Both the position numbers and the translations under genes were made by a program. The notes below the pieces were generated by a model. That model did not search any database, was not told the origin of the DNA, and saw only the letters and a program-made list of their open reading frames with translations. From Pseudomonadota bacterium (GTDB lineage: Bacteria; Pseudomonadota; Alphaproteobacteria; Sphingomonadales; Sphingomonadaceae), in assembly GCA_039795595.1 (NCBI GenBank), contig JBDKLL010000126.1, positions 1 through 54,870 on the forward strand: 54,870 bases of DNA, in the 5' to 3' direction. Positions 10,753 to 20,650 of this stretch are shown here, piece by piece. Position 1 is the stretch's first letter; every line of letters starts with the position of its first letter.

Positions 10753-11322
10753 ATGGCCGATGCCAAGGACGATACTGTCATCATCAAGAAGTATGCCAAC
10801 CGGCGGCTTTATAACACCCAGTCATCCAGCTACATCACGTTGGACCACCTGGCGAAGATGACCCGCGAAGGGGTCGACTTCAAAGTGCTTGATGCCAAGA
10901 CCGGGGCGGATATCACCCATTCGATCCTGACCCAGATCATCATGGAGGAAGAAAGCGCCAGCGGTGAACAGATGCTGCCGGTGAATTTCCTGCGCCAGTT
11001 GATCGCGATGTATGGCAATTCGATGCAGGCGCTGGTCCCGCATTACCTTGAAGCCTCGATGGACAATTTCCGCACCAACCAGAACACGTTGCGCCAAGCG
11101 TTCGAAGACAGCCTTGGCAGCAACCCGCTGGCCAAGCTGGCGCAGCAGAACCTGGCGATGTTCAAGGCCGCTGCCGCCGCATTCATGCCGGGGCTGGATG
11201 CTGGCGCCCCTGCCGCTCCCGCCGAACCGGCCGCGGCGGACAAGCCGCACGATGCCGAATTGGCCGCCTTGCGTGCGCAGATGGCCGAAATGCAGAAGGC
11301 GCTCGACAAGCTCGGCAAATAA
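10753..11322 (+). CDS. phaR: Polyhydroxyalkanoate synthesis repressor PhaR
   Basis: IIKKYANRRLYNTQSSSYITL, DAKTGADITHSILTQII; ATG at 10753. Confidence 0.95.
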   Translation: MADAKDDTVIIKKYANRRLYNTQSSSYITLDHLAKMTREGVDFKVLDAKTGADITHSILTQIIMEEESASGEQMLPVNFLRQLIAMYGNSMQALVPHYLEASMDNFRTNQNTLRQAFEDSLGSNPLAKLAQQNLAMFKAAAAAFMPGLDAGAPAAPAEPAAADKPHDAELAALRAQMAEMQKALDKLGK

Positions 11323-11379
11323 GCGCAGGCGCGCGCCGAACCCATCGTTCCATAACCCCAAAGTTGAAAGCCCATTGCC

Positions 11380-12921
11380 GTGTCCGCAATCCGCCACGCC
11401 CTGTCCGTAACCCGCGAAGCCGATTTCGCCGCCTGGTATCAGGACGTCATCTCCGAAGCCGAAATGGCGGAAGAATCCGGGGTGCGCGGGTGCATGGTGA
11501 TCAAGCCATGGGGCTATGGCATCTGGGAACGCATCCAGAAGTTGATGGACGCGCGGATCAAGGCCGCGGGCGTCGATAACTGCTATTTCCCGTTGTTCAT
11601 CCCGCTGTCCTATTTTGCCAAGGAAGCCGAACACGTCGATGGCTTTGCCAAAGAAATGGCCGTGGTTACGCACCACCGGCTGGTGGGCGATGGCAAGGGC
11701 GGGTTGATCCCTGATCCCGAAGCCAAACTGGAAGAGCCGCTGATCGTGCGACCCACTTCGGAAACGGTGATCGGTCAGGCGATGAGCCGCTGGGTGCAAA
11801 GCTGGCGCGACCTGCCGCTGTTGACCAACCAGTGGGCCAACGTCGTGCGCTGGGAAATGCGCACCCGGATGTTCCTGCGCACCAGCGAATTCCTGTGGCA
11901 GGAAGGGCATACCGCGCACGCCGACCGCGATGATGCGATGGCCGAAACGCTGCGTGCGCTGGAAATGTATCGCGCCCACGCCGAAGAAGATCTGGCGATG
12001 CCGGTGATCGCCGGTGAAAAGCCTGAAAACGAACGCTTCCCGGGCGCGGTGGCGACCTATTCGATCGAAGCGATGATGCAGGATGGCAAGGCATTGCAGG
12101 CCGGCACTTCGCACTATCTGGGCACTGGTTTCGCCGCCGCGGCGAACATTCGGTATCAAGACAAGGAAGGCGGCCAGCAACTGTGCCACACCACCAGTTG
12201 GGGCGTATCGACCCGGCTGATCGGCGGGGTGATCATGACCCACGGTGATGATGATGGCCTGCGGGTGCCGCCGGCCATCGCACCGCACCAGATCGTGATC
12301 CTGCCAATGCTGCGCGAGGATGATGGTGATGCCGCGCTGCTGGCTTATTGCGAAGATTTGAAGCGGGCATTGGCCAGTCAGTCGGCGCTGGGCGAACCGA
12401 TCCGCGTGCTGCTGGACAAGCGCGCCGGCAAGGCCACGCAAAAGCGCTGGAGTTGGGTCAAGAAAGGCGTGCCGTTGATCCTTGAAATCGGTGGGCGCGA
12501 TGCCGCTGGTGGGCAAGTTTCCGTGGTTCGCCGCGATCGGCTGTGGAAGGCGGATGGCAAAGTTAACTTCGTCGGCCAGGGCAAGGATGAATTTCTGGCG
12601 CAGGCGGCAGCGGAACTGGTCGATATCCAGCACTCGCTGCATGCCGATGCCACGGCGCGGCGCAATGCCCAGATCCACCGCGGGATTACCGATCTGGCCG
12701 GACTGGAAGCCTTCTTTGCCGAAGATCAGCGTTATCCGGGCTGGGTCGAACTGAACTGGTCGCGCCCCACCGGCGCGGCGCTGGAAGGCGTGATTGCCAC
12801 GCTCAAGGCGTTGAAGCTGACGATCCGTAACACGCCGATGGATGGACCCGCCGCAAGCGGCACTTGTCCGTTCACGGGCGCGCCTGCGGTTGAACGGATC
12901 TACGTCGCCCGCGCCTATTGA
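11380..12921 (+). CDS. proS: Proline--tRNA ligase (archaeal/eukaryotic-like type)
   Basis: DFAAWYQDVI, IVRPTSET, QWANVVRWE, FLWQEGHT, ALQAGTSHYLG, C-terminal ARAY. Confidence 0.96.
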   Translation: MSAIRHALSVTREADFAAWYQDVISEAEMAEESGVRGCMVIKPWGYGIWERIQKLMDARIKAAGVDNCYFPLFIPLSYFAKEAEHVDGFAKEMAVVTHHRLVGDGKGGLIPDPEAKLEEPLIVRPTSETVIGQAMSRWVQSWRDLPLLTNQWANVVRWEMRTRMFLRTSEFLWQEGHTAHADRDDAMAETLRALEMYRAHAEEDLAMPVIAGEKPENERFPGAVATYSIEAMMQDGKALQAGTSHYLGTGFAAAANIRYQDKEGGQQLCHTTSWGVSTRLIGGVIMTHGDDDGLRVPPAIAPHQIVILPMLREDDGDAALLAYCEDLKRALASQSALGEPIRVLLDKRAGKATQKRWSWVKKGVPLILEIGGRDAAGGQVSVVRRDRLWKADGKVNFVGQGKDEFLAQAAAELVDIQHSLHADATARRNAQIHRGITDLAGLEAFFAEDQRYPGWVELNWSRPTGAALEGVIATLKALKLTIRNTPMDGPAASGTCPFTGAPAVERIYVARAY

Positions 12922-12963
12922 TGGCGGGCTTGCGCTGCGGGGCAATGCGGGCCACATGGCCGG

Positions 12964-15219
12964 ATGCCCCGCAAGCTTCAGCCCGTTCCCGGATTGCCCA
13001 CCCGCCAGCAAGTGCTGGATTTTATCGCCAGTTCGGAAACCCCGGCGGGCAAGCGCGAAATCGTGCGTGCGTTCGGGTTGAAAGGGCAGGAGAAGATCCA
13101 GCTTAAGGCCTTGCTCAAGGACATGGCCGAAGAAGGGCTGATCGATGGCAATCGCACGGCATTCCACCGCATGGGCGGGGTGCCCAAGGTTACCGTGTTG
13201 CGTGTGGTCGAAATCGACGAAGGCGAAGCACTGGCCATTCCCGATAGCTGGCAGCCCGATGATGCCACCCCGCCGCCGCGCATTCGCCTGATCGAAAAGG
13301 GCCACAAAGGCGCGGCTCTGCGCGTGGGTGATCGGGTGCTGGCGCGGACCGAGGAAGCGGGCAAGGGCTGGATCGCGCACCCGATGAAAAAGCTGCCGGC
13401 GCAAACCGATCAGCTGATGGGGGTGGTTGAAATTGACGGTGCGGGGAAAGGCTGGCTCGCGCCGGTGGACAAGCGCGAACGCAATTCCGCGCCGATTGCC
13501 GATCTGGGCGGGGCCGAAGCCGGGCAACTGGTGCTGGCCGAACCGGCCGGGCGCAGCCCGCGTTCGGGGGTGAAGGTTACCGCGGTGCTGGGCGATCCAC
13601 TGGCCCCGCGGGCGTTCAGCCTGATCGCGATCAACAAGCACGGCATTCCTTTTGCGTTCAGCCCGGAAACGCTGCTCGAAGGCGAATTGGCGGCAAAACT
13701 GCCGCTGGCCGAGGATCGGCGCGAAGATTTGCGTCATCTGCCGATCGTGGCGATCGATCCCAGCGATGCGCGCGATCATGACGATGCGATCTGGGCGCAA
13801 AGCGATGGCAAGGGCGGGTTCGAAGCGCTGATCGCGATTGCCGATGTCAGCTTTTACGTGCGGCCCGGCAGTCAGTTGGACCGTGAAGCGCGCAAGCGGG
13901 GCAATTCGGTCTATTTCCCCGATCGGGTGGTGCCGATGCTGCCCGAAGTGCTCAGCGCGGACGTCTGTTCGCTGCGCGCCGGGGCTGATCGCGCGGCGAT
14001 GGCCTGCCATCTGCGGATCGATTCCACTGGGAAAGTTACCGAATGGCGCTTTACCCGTGCGCTCGTGCGGATCCACGAAGTGATCGCGTATGAAGAGGCG
14101 CAGCGCCGGATCGATGCGGATCAGGCCGAACCCCATCTGGCGCAATTGTGGGCGGCGTGGCGGCTGCTGGAACAGGCGCGCAGCGCCCGCGATCCGTTGG
14201 AACTGGAACTGCCCGAACGCCGCGTGGTGCTGGATGCGGACGGCAAGATCGCGGAAATTGCCTTGCGCGAACGGCTTGATGCGCACCGGGTGGTGGAAGA
14301 TTTCATGATCGCCGCGAACGTGGCCGCGGCCAAGGCGCTGGAAGCCAAAGTTGCCCCGGTGGTCTATCGGATACATGAACCGCCTAGCCGGGAAAAGCTG
14401 GTCGCGCTGAAGGATTACCTTGCCACGTTCGAACGCAAGCTGGCGCTGGGGCAGGTTATCACCCCTAGCCTGTTCAACCGCTTGCTCAAGGACATTGCCG
14501 ACGAAACCGAAAAGGCGCTGGTGATGGAAGCGGTGCTGCGCAGCCAGACCCAGGCTTATTATGGTCCGCGCAATGCCGGGCATTTCGGGCTGGGGCTGGG
14601 CAGTTATGCCCACTTTACCTCGCCGATCCGGCGCTATGCCGATTTGCTGGTCCACCGCGCGCTGGTTGATGCTTACGGACTCGAACAGCCAAAACCGGCG
14701 GATGACCTGCCGCCAACCTCGGGCCTGTCAGAACGGGACCGTGCTGATCTGACCCGGGTCAGCGAAGCGATCAGCGCGGCCGAACGCCGGGCAATGCAGG
14801 CCGAACGTGAAACGATCGATCGGTATGTGGCGGCGTGGTTATCGGCGCGGGTGGGTGAAGTGTTCACCACGCGGGTCACCGGGGTGCAGCGGTTCGGGCT
14901 GTTCGCCACGATTGTGGGGCTGGGCGGCGATGGCTTGGTTCCGGTATCGGTGCTGGGTGACGAACGGTTTTTCCACGATGAACGCGCCAACGTGCTGGAA
15001 GGGGAGCGGACCGGCACGCGCTATGCCATCGGCGATGTCTTGCAACTGCGGTTGGCCGAAGCCAACCCGCTGACCGGTGCGCTCAAGTTTGAACCCGAAG
15101 ACGCCAGCGGCCGGATCGAACCGCGCGGGCGGCCGTTGCCGTTGAAAAAACGCGGCAAGCATCTGGTCAGCAAGCGCGGGCGGCCGGGTAATATCCGGCA
15201 TCAGGGGCGCAAACGGTAA
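12964..15219 (+). CDS. rnr: Ribonuclease R
   Basis: IDPSDARDHDDA, HFTSPIRRYADL, C-terminal S1 domain and basic tail. Confidence 0.95.
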   Translation: MPRKLQPVPGLPTRQQVLDFIASSETPAGKREIVRAFGLKGQEKIQLKALLKDMAEEGLIDGNRTAFHRMGGVPKVTVLRVVEIDEGEALAIPDSWQPDDATPPPRIRLIEKGHKGAALRVGDRVLARTEEAGKGWIAHPMKKLPAQTDQLMGVVEIDGAGKGWLAPVDKRERNSAPIADLGGAEAGQLVLAEPAGRSPRSGVKVTAVLGDPLAPRAFSLIAINKHGIPFAFSPETLLEGELAAKLPLAEDRREDLRHLPIVAIDPSDARDHDDAIWAQSDGKGGFEALIAIADVSFYVRPGSQLDREARKRGNSVYFPDRVVPMLPEVLSADVCSLRAGADRAAMACHLRIDSTGKVTEWRFTRALVRIHEVIAYEEAQRRIDADQAEPHLAQLWAAWRLLEQARSARDPLELELPERRVVLDADGKIAEIALRERLDAHRVVEDFMIAANVAAAKALEAKVAPVVYRIHEPPSREKLVALKDYLATFERKLALGQVITPSLFNRLLKDIADETEKALVMEAVLRSQTQAYYGPRNAGHFGLGLGSYAHFTSPIRRYADLLVHRALVDAYGLEQPKPADDLPPTSGLSERDRADLTRVSEAISAAERRAMQAERETIDRYVAAWLSARVGEVFTTRVTGVQRFGLFATIVGLGGDGLVPVSVLGDERFFHDERANVLEGERTGTRYAIGDVLQLRLAEANPLTGALKFEPEDASGRIEPRGRPLPLKKRGKHLVSKRGRPGNIRHQGRKR

Positions 15220-15220
15220 G

Positions 15221-15673
15221 TTAACTTAACCGTTCAAGGTCAGCATCGCTCATCGCGCCGGGGATGACATAGACCGGGCAGGGCAATTGCCCGGCATTGC
15301 CGGAAAAGTGCGCCACCAGCGGCCCCGGGCCACCATGCGCCGCCGCACCCAGCACCAGCGCCGATACTTCGGGATGCGCAGTCAGATAATCGCGCACCAC
15401 TTGCGTGGCGTTGCCCTGACCGACCGAGATCATCGGCGGCTCTTGGTTTGCGCCCAGCAAGGATCCCGCGGCAGAGGTAACCAGCGCTTCGGCGCGGGCG
15501 CGGGCTTCTTCGGCAATCGTCGCCTGAATCCCGCCAAATGCCACGAATTCCTGGTTCGGAACCAGCGCCAGCAGGTGCACCGTGCCACCGGTGCGCGCCG
15601 CGCGCCGCGCGGCAAAGCGCAGCGCCATGCCCGCTTCTTCGGTTTCGTCCATGATCACCAGATAGACGCGCAT
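15221..15673 (-). CDS. Universal stress protein (USP) family
   Basis: MRVYLVIMDETEEAGMALRFA..LVLGA..LPCPVYVIPG. Confidence 0.85.
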   Translation of the reverse strand: MRVYLVIMDETEEAGMALRFAARRAARTGGTVHLLALVPNQEFVAFGGIQATIAEEARARAEALVTSAAGSLLGANQEPPMISVGQGNATQVVRDYLTAHPEVSALVLGAAAHGGPGPLVAHFSGNAGQLPCPVYVIPGAMSDADLERLS

Positions 15674-15798
15674 CGTCGTTCCCCCACCGATCCAGCTATC
15701 CGATACAAACGAATTCAGCGCAAGCATCTTGCCCCGGCGCATCAATTTGGCCAGAGACGTAGCGTAATACCTTCTCCCAATCAGGATCAGATCAACCC

Positions 15799-17055
15799 AT
15801 GCCGATCGAAATCAAGATGCCCGCCCTTTCCCCGACGATGGAGGAAGGCACCTTGGCCAAATGGCTGGTTAAAGTGGGCGATAAGGTCTCTTCGGGCGAT
15901 ATCATGGCCGAAATCGAAACCGATAAGGCGACGATGGAATTCGAAGCGGTCGATGAAGGCGTGATCACCGCGATTGCCGTGCCGGAAGGCAGCGAAGGGG
16001 TGAAAGTGGGGACGGTGATCGCTACGCTGGCCGGTGAAGATGAAGATGTCTCCGCGGTGCCTGCTGCGCCCGTTGCAAAACCAGCGTCTGCGCCGGTTGC
16101 TGCACCGGCCGCAGCAGTTTCGGCTCCTGCTCCGGTTCCTGCGGCCAAGCCGATGGCAACCGGCGATCGCATCGTGGCATCGCCGTTGGCGAAACGGATT
16201 GCGGCGGATCGCGGCGTGGATCTGGCCGCAGTGCGTGGTTCCGGACCGAATGGGCGGATCGTGAAGGCGGATGTCGAAGGCGCGCCTGCGGGAGCGGCCG
16301 CAGCCGCACCGGCCAGCCCCAGCGCCGTCGCCCCGTCAGCGCCAGTTGTAACACCGGATTTCGGCATTCCGTACACCGCGGAAAAGCTGAACAACGTGCG
16401 CAAGACGATCGCCCGCCGCCTGACCGAAGCCAAGCAGACGATCCCGCACATTTACCTGACGGTCGATGTCCGGCTTGATGCGCTGCTCAAGCTGCGCGGT
16501 GAACTTAACAAAGCACTTGAAGTTCAGAGTGTGAAACTTTCAGTCAACGATCTTTTGATCAAGGCTCTTGCGAAAGCACTTGAACTTGTTCCGTCGTGCA
16601 ACGTCAGCTTTGCTGGGGATGAACTGCGCAAGTTCACGCGATCGGATATTTCGGTGGCGGTTGCTGCGCCATCGGGGCTGATCACGCCGATCGTGGCCGA
16701 TGCCGCCAACAAGACCGTGTCGCAAATTTCCAAGGAAATGAAGCAGCTGGCCGACAAGGCCCGCGAAGGCAAGCTGATGCCGCACGAATACCAGGGCGGC
16801 ACGGCCAGCCTATCGAACCTTGGGATGTTCGGGATCACGCAGTTCGATGCCGTGATCAACCCGCCACAGGCGATGATCCTGGCGGTGGGTGCCGGCGAAC
16901 AGCGCCCCTATGTGGTTGATGGCGCGTTGGCCGTGGCCACGGTGATGAACGCCACCGGCAGCTTCGATCACCGCGCGATTGATGGGGCGGATGGCGCACA
17001 GCTGATGCAGGCGTTCAAGAATCTCGTCGAACAGCCGCTTGGCCTTGTGGCCTGA
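15799..17055 (+). CDS. pdhC: Pyruvate dehydrogenase E2 (dihydrolipoamide acetyltransferase)
   Basis: Lipoyl domain ETDKA, Ala/Pro linkers, [15 protein letters not shown]. Confidence 0.96.
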   Translation: MPIEIKMPALSPTMEEGTLAKWLVKVGDKVSSGDIMAEIETDKATMEFEAVDEGVITAIAVPEGSEGVKVGTVIATLAGEDEDVSAVPAAPVAKPASAPVAAPAAAVSAPAPVPAAKPMATGDRIVASPLAKRIAADRGVDLAAVRGSGPNGRIVKADVEGAPAGAAAAAPASPSAVAPSAPVVTPDFGIPYTAEKLNNVRKTIARRLTEAKQTIPHIYLTVDVRLDALLKLRGELNKALEVQSVKLSVNDLLIKALAKALELVPSCNVSFAGDELRKFTRSDISVAVAAPSGLITPIVADAANKTVSQISKEMKQLADKAREGKLMPHEYQGGTASLSNLGMFGITQFDAVINPPQAMILAVGAGEQRPYVVDGALAVATVMNATGSFDHRAIDGADGAQLMQAFKNLVEQPLGLVA

Positions 17056-17062
17056 TCCGGCG

Positions 17063-17434
17063 ATGGCCGAAGAACTGGTCATTCGCGTCACGGCGATGCC
17101 GACCGACCTTAATCCTTATGGGGGTGTGTTCGGGGGCTGGTTGATGAGCCAACTGGCGCTTGGCGCGGGATCGTTGGCGTCACGCGTGGGCCGGGCGAAG
17201 GCCGTGGTGGTGCACGCCACCGATTTCACGTTCCCCGGCGCAATGGCGGTGGGCGACGAGTTGAGCGTCTATGCCGAAATCGTGGCCCGGGGGCGCACGT
17301 CGCTGTCGATAACGGCGCGCGGGATCGGGCGCGAACGCAATGGCGAGGCCAGCCTTGAGGTGGCCCGCGGACAATTCAAATTCGTGCTGCTGGGCGAAGA
17401 TGGCCGCCCGCGCATGATCGAAACAGCGGAGTAA
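17063..17434 (+). CDS. Acyl-CoA thioesterase (hotdog fold, YciA-like)
   Basis: AMPTDLNPYGGVFGGWLMSQL, GRTSLSI. Confidence 0.85.
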   Translation: MAEELVIRVTAMPTDLNPYGGVFGGWLMSQLALGAGSLASRVGRAKAVVVHATDFTFPGAMAVGDELSVYAEIVARGRTSLSITARGIGRERNGEASLEVARGQFKFVLLGEDGRPRMIETAE

Positions 17435-17436
17435 AC

Positions 17437-18849
17437 ATGGCAGACCAATATGACGTGATCGTGCTGGGATCAGGCCCTGGCGGCTATGTGGCGGCGATCC
17501 GCTGCGCCCAGCTGGGCCTGAAAACGGCGATCGTCGAACGCGAAAATCTTGGTGGGATCTGCCTCAACTGGGGGTGCATTCCCACCAAGGCGCTGCTGCG
17601 TTCGGCCGAAGTGTACCACCAGATGCAGCACGCGGCGGCTTATGGCCTCGCTGCGGACAATATCCGGGCAGACCTTGATGCGGTGGTCAAGCGTTCACGC
17701 GGGGTGGCCAAGCAGCTCAATCAGGGCGTCACGCACCTGATGAAGAAGAACAAGATCGCCGTGCACATGGGCGAAGGCCGGTTGCTGGCCCCCGGCAAGC
17801 TGGAAGTGAAGGGTGAAAAAGGCGCTGAAACGCTAACCGCCAAGCACATCATCGTCGCCACTGGCGCGCGGGCGCGCGACCTGCCGTTTGCCAAGGCCGA
17901 TGGCCAGCGGGTGTGGACTTATCGCCACGCAATGACGCCAAGCGAACTGCCCAGCAAGCTGCTGGTCATCGGTTCGGGCGCGATCGGGATCGAATTTGCC
18001 AGTTTCTACAATGATATGGGGGCTGACGTCACCGTTGTCGAAATGATGGACCGGATCGTGCCGGTGGAAGACGCCGACGTTTCCGCCTTCCTCGAAAAGG
18101 CGCTGGTCAAACAGGGCATGACGATCATGACCGGGGCCGGGGTGGAAAGCCTGACTGTGGGCGTGAAGGGCGTGAAGGCCAAGCTTAAGGGCAAGGATGG
18201 CAAAGTCAGCGAAGTCGATTACAGCCATGTGATCGTGGCCGTGGGGATCGTGCCGAACACCGAAAATATTGGTCTGGAAACGCTTGGAATCACCGCTGAA
18301 CGTGGGATCATTGCCTCCGATGGCCTGTGCCGCACCAATGTGGCGGGAATCTGGGCCATTGGCGATGTTACGCCCGGCCCGTGGCTAGCGCACAAGGCCA
18401 GCCATGAAGGCGTGATCGCGGCCGAAGCGATTGCGCAGGCGCTGGGCAACCAGGACGTCCATCCTCACGCGATGGACAAGCGCAACATTCCCGGGTGCAC
18501 GTATTGCCACCCGCAAGTGGCCAGCGTTGGGCTGACCGAGGCCAAGGCCAAGGAGGCCGGTTATACGCTGAAAGTCGGCACATTCCCGTTCATCGGCAAT
18601 GGCAAGGCGATTGCGCTGGGGGAACCCGAAGGCTTCATCAAAACGGTGTTTGATGCCAAGACCGGCGAATTGCTGGGTGCCCACATGATCGGGGCCGAGG
18701 TGACCGAACTGATCCAGGGTTACGTGGTTGGCAAGACGCTGGAAACCACCGAAGCTGAATTGATGAACACGGTGTTCCCGCATCCCACGCTTTCGGAAAT
18801 GATGCACGAAAGCGTGCTGGCCGCTTATGGGCGGGCCTTGCACATCTGA
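17437..18849 (+). CDS. lpdA: Dihydrolipoyl dehydrogenase
   Basis: GSGPGGYVAA, GGICLNWGCIPTK, HPTLSE. Confidence 0.98.
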   Translation: MADQYDVIVLGSGPGGYVAAIRCAQLGLKTAIVERENLGGICLNWGCIPTKALLRSAEVYHQMQHAAAYGLAADNIRADLDAVVKRSRGVAKQLNQGVTHLMKKNKIAVHMGEGRLLAPGKLEVKGEKGAETLTAKHIIVATGARARDLPFAKADGQRVWTYRHAMTPSELPSKLLVIGSGAIGIEFASFYNDMGADVTVVEMMDRIVPVEDADVSAFLEKALVKQGMTIMTGAGVESLTVGVKGVKAKLKGKDGKVSEVDYSHVIVAVGIVPNTENIGLETLGITAERGIIASDGLCRTNVAGIWAIGDVTPGPWLAHKASHEGVIAAEAIAQALGNQDVHPHAMDKRNIPGCTYCHPQVASVGLTEAKAKEAGYTLKVGTFPFIGNGKAIALGEPEGFIKTVFDAKTGELLGAHMIGAEVTELIQGYVVGKTLETTEAELMNTVFPHPTLSEMMHESVLAAYGRALHI

Positions 18850-18871
18850 CCGGTGCTTGCGGGCTTGAAGC

Positions 18872-19225
18872 CTATTCGGCCCGCCAGACGCGAGACAGGT
18901 GTTCAAACACGGCGACGTGCAACGGCGCGGTGAATTCGCAGCCCAGCGTCCGGCCTTGCTGCCAGCGGATATGCGCGCTGAGCAGTTGCATCCCCGGAAT
19001 CCGGATGCTGATCGGAATTCCGGGGCTGGAATTCATCAGATTGCTGATGCGAAAGCCGCGTTCGGACAAATCGTCCAGCCGGACACGCTGCCACTGGCGC
19101 GTGCCCTGACGCGCTTCACACAAGACTGCAATGCTGGCCCGCTGCGAGCGGGCACATGGCCCAGGCTGGGCTTCCGGGACGGTTTGCGAAGCGGTGGGGG
19201 TCTGATCGGTCATGCCTGCTGCCAT
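18872..19225 (-). CDS. Stand-alone PilZ-domain protein
   Basis: RSQR..DLSERG (DxSxxG)..IRW..GCEFTAPLH; start uncertain (19213 or 19225). Confidence 0.8.
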   Translation of the reverse strand: MAAGMTDQTPTASQTVPEAQPGPCARSQRASIAVLCEARQGTRQWQRVRLDDLSERGFRISNLMNSSPGIPISIRIPGMQLLSAHIRWQQGRTLGCEFTAPLHVAVFEHLSRVWRAE

Positions 19226-19353
19226 AATCGGCGCAAGTTGCGATTCGGTTAGCAAGCCGGCGGAATGGCACAGTGTGAGCGCGTTTGGTGTTGGCCCGAT
19301 ACCCAATCCTTAACGCAGTGCCGGCAATTTATACCATCCATTCCGTAATTTGG

Positions 19354-19545
19354 CGGCCTGTTTAACGGCCTGTTTACCATTTTTGCGCAAGCAAGCCGGG
19401 TGTGCAGTGGGCTTTCGCATGGCTTTGGCCGCTGCGCTGCGCGGCGTGCCCAACCTTGCGCCATGCTGCGGATTTTCCCTGAGCCCATCGGTAAAGTAAG
19501 TTTAATTTAATGATGAATTTTTTCAATAACATGATGTTAACTCTT
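19354..19545. promoter_or_regulatory. AT-rich divergent promoter region with several near-consensus CtrA boxes
   Basis: TTAA-N7-TTTA at 19362, GTAA-N7-TTAA at 19491 and 19496, ATAA-N7-TTAAC at 19526; cggcctgttta direct repeat at 19354 and 19366. Confidence 0.5.
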
Positions 19546-19649
19546 CATGTGGAAAATAGATTCATGAAAATGATCGTTTCCAAACTGAACCGATGGCCAG
19601 CACCGGCAATGCCGCGGCCGATCGGTTCATGCAATTTTGGCAGGTTGGC

Positions 19650-20639
19650 ATGATGAAACAGACCTTTCGCAATCACGGGACGTCGATTGCTGGCATCGCC
19701 ATGGCGATGGCCATGGCCTTTGCCGGGCAGAGCGCCCACGCGACTGGCGTCAGCGCTGGTACGCTGATCCAGAATACGGCGTCGGCCACATATACGTCGG
19801 GCGCTTCTGGCGGATCGGTGCAATCGAACACCTTGACGGTCAAAGTCGATGAATTGCTCGACGTGGCCGTAGCCGGGATCACGGCTACTCCGGTGGCGGT
19901 GGGTTCGGGCACCGCGGTGCTGGCTTATTCGGTAACCAACATCGGTAACGGCAGCGAAGCCTTCAGGCTGACCGCTGATCCGGCGGTTTCCGGCAATCCA
20001 TTCAATGCCGTGGTGCAAACGGTGGCTGTCGATAGCAACGGCAATGGCACATACGATTCTGGCATCGACCAAACGCTGGCCAATGGCGGCGCATCTCCGG
20101 CCATCGCCGCCGATGCCGCGCTGCGGGTGTTTGTGGTGGTGACACTGCCGACCGGTGCGGCCGATGCGCAAACCAGCCAGATCCGGCTGACTGCCGATGC
20201 GGTAACCGGTACCGGCACACCGGGATCTTCGTTTAGCGGACAAGGCCAAGGCGGCGGGGATGCGGTGGTTGGGGCCACTGGAGCCAGCGCATTCGGAACC
20301 GATTCGATCATCGCCAGCCTGGCCGGGGTTAGCCTGGCCAAGTCGGCCGCGGTGGTCGATCCGTTTGGCGGCAGCCAGCCGGTGCCGGGGGCCGTCATCA
20401 CGTATTCGCTGGTCGCGACGATTGCCGGAACCGGGCAGGCCGAAGGCGTGCAGATCACGGACGTGATCCCGACCGGGACGACCTACCGTGCCGGTTCGCT
20501 CAAGCTTGATGGCGCGGCCTTGTCCGATGCCAGCGATGGCGATGCCGGCGCGGCATCGGCCAGTGGCATCACGGTTGCGCTGGGTACCGTTACCGGGGGG
20601 AGCACCCGCACGGTGACCTTTGGCGTCACGATCAATTGA
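19650..20639 (+). CDS. Secreted DUF11-type protein A (split domain; putative fibre subunit)
   Basis: Signal peptide ending AHA; N-terminal GTLIQNTASATY..SNTLTV; C-terminal LAKS..PGAVITY..ITDVIP..TFGVTIN*. Confidence 0.75.
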   Translation: MMKQTFRNHGTSIAGIAMAMAMAFAGQSAHATGVSAGTLIQNTASATYTSGASGGSVQSNTLTVKVDELLDVAVAGITATPVAVGSGTAVLAYSVTNIGNGSEAFRLTADPAVSGNPFNAVVQTVAVDSNGNGTYDSGIDQTLANGGASPAIAADAALRVFVVVTLPTGAADAQTSQIRLTADAVTGTGTPGSSFSGQGQGGGDAVVGATGASAFGTDSIIASLAGVSLAKSAAVVDPFGGSQPVPGAVITYSLVATIAGTGQAEGVQITDVIPTGTTYRAGSLKLDGAALSDASDGDAGAASASGITVALGTVTGGSTRTVTFGVTIN

Positions 20640-20650
20640 GGATTCCGATC

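Noticed and set aside
10822-14655. 1277-aa minus-strand ORF
   Set aside because: Antisense shadow of phaR, proS and rnr; no motifs; typical of high-GC codon bias
15217-15228. Palindrome taagttaactta at the rnr/usp junction
   Set aside because: Largely produced by two abutting convergent TAA stop codons
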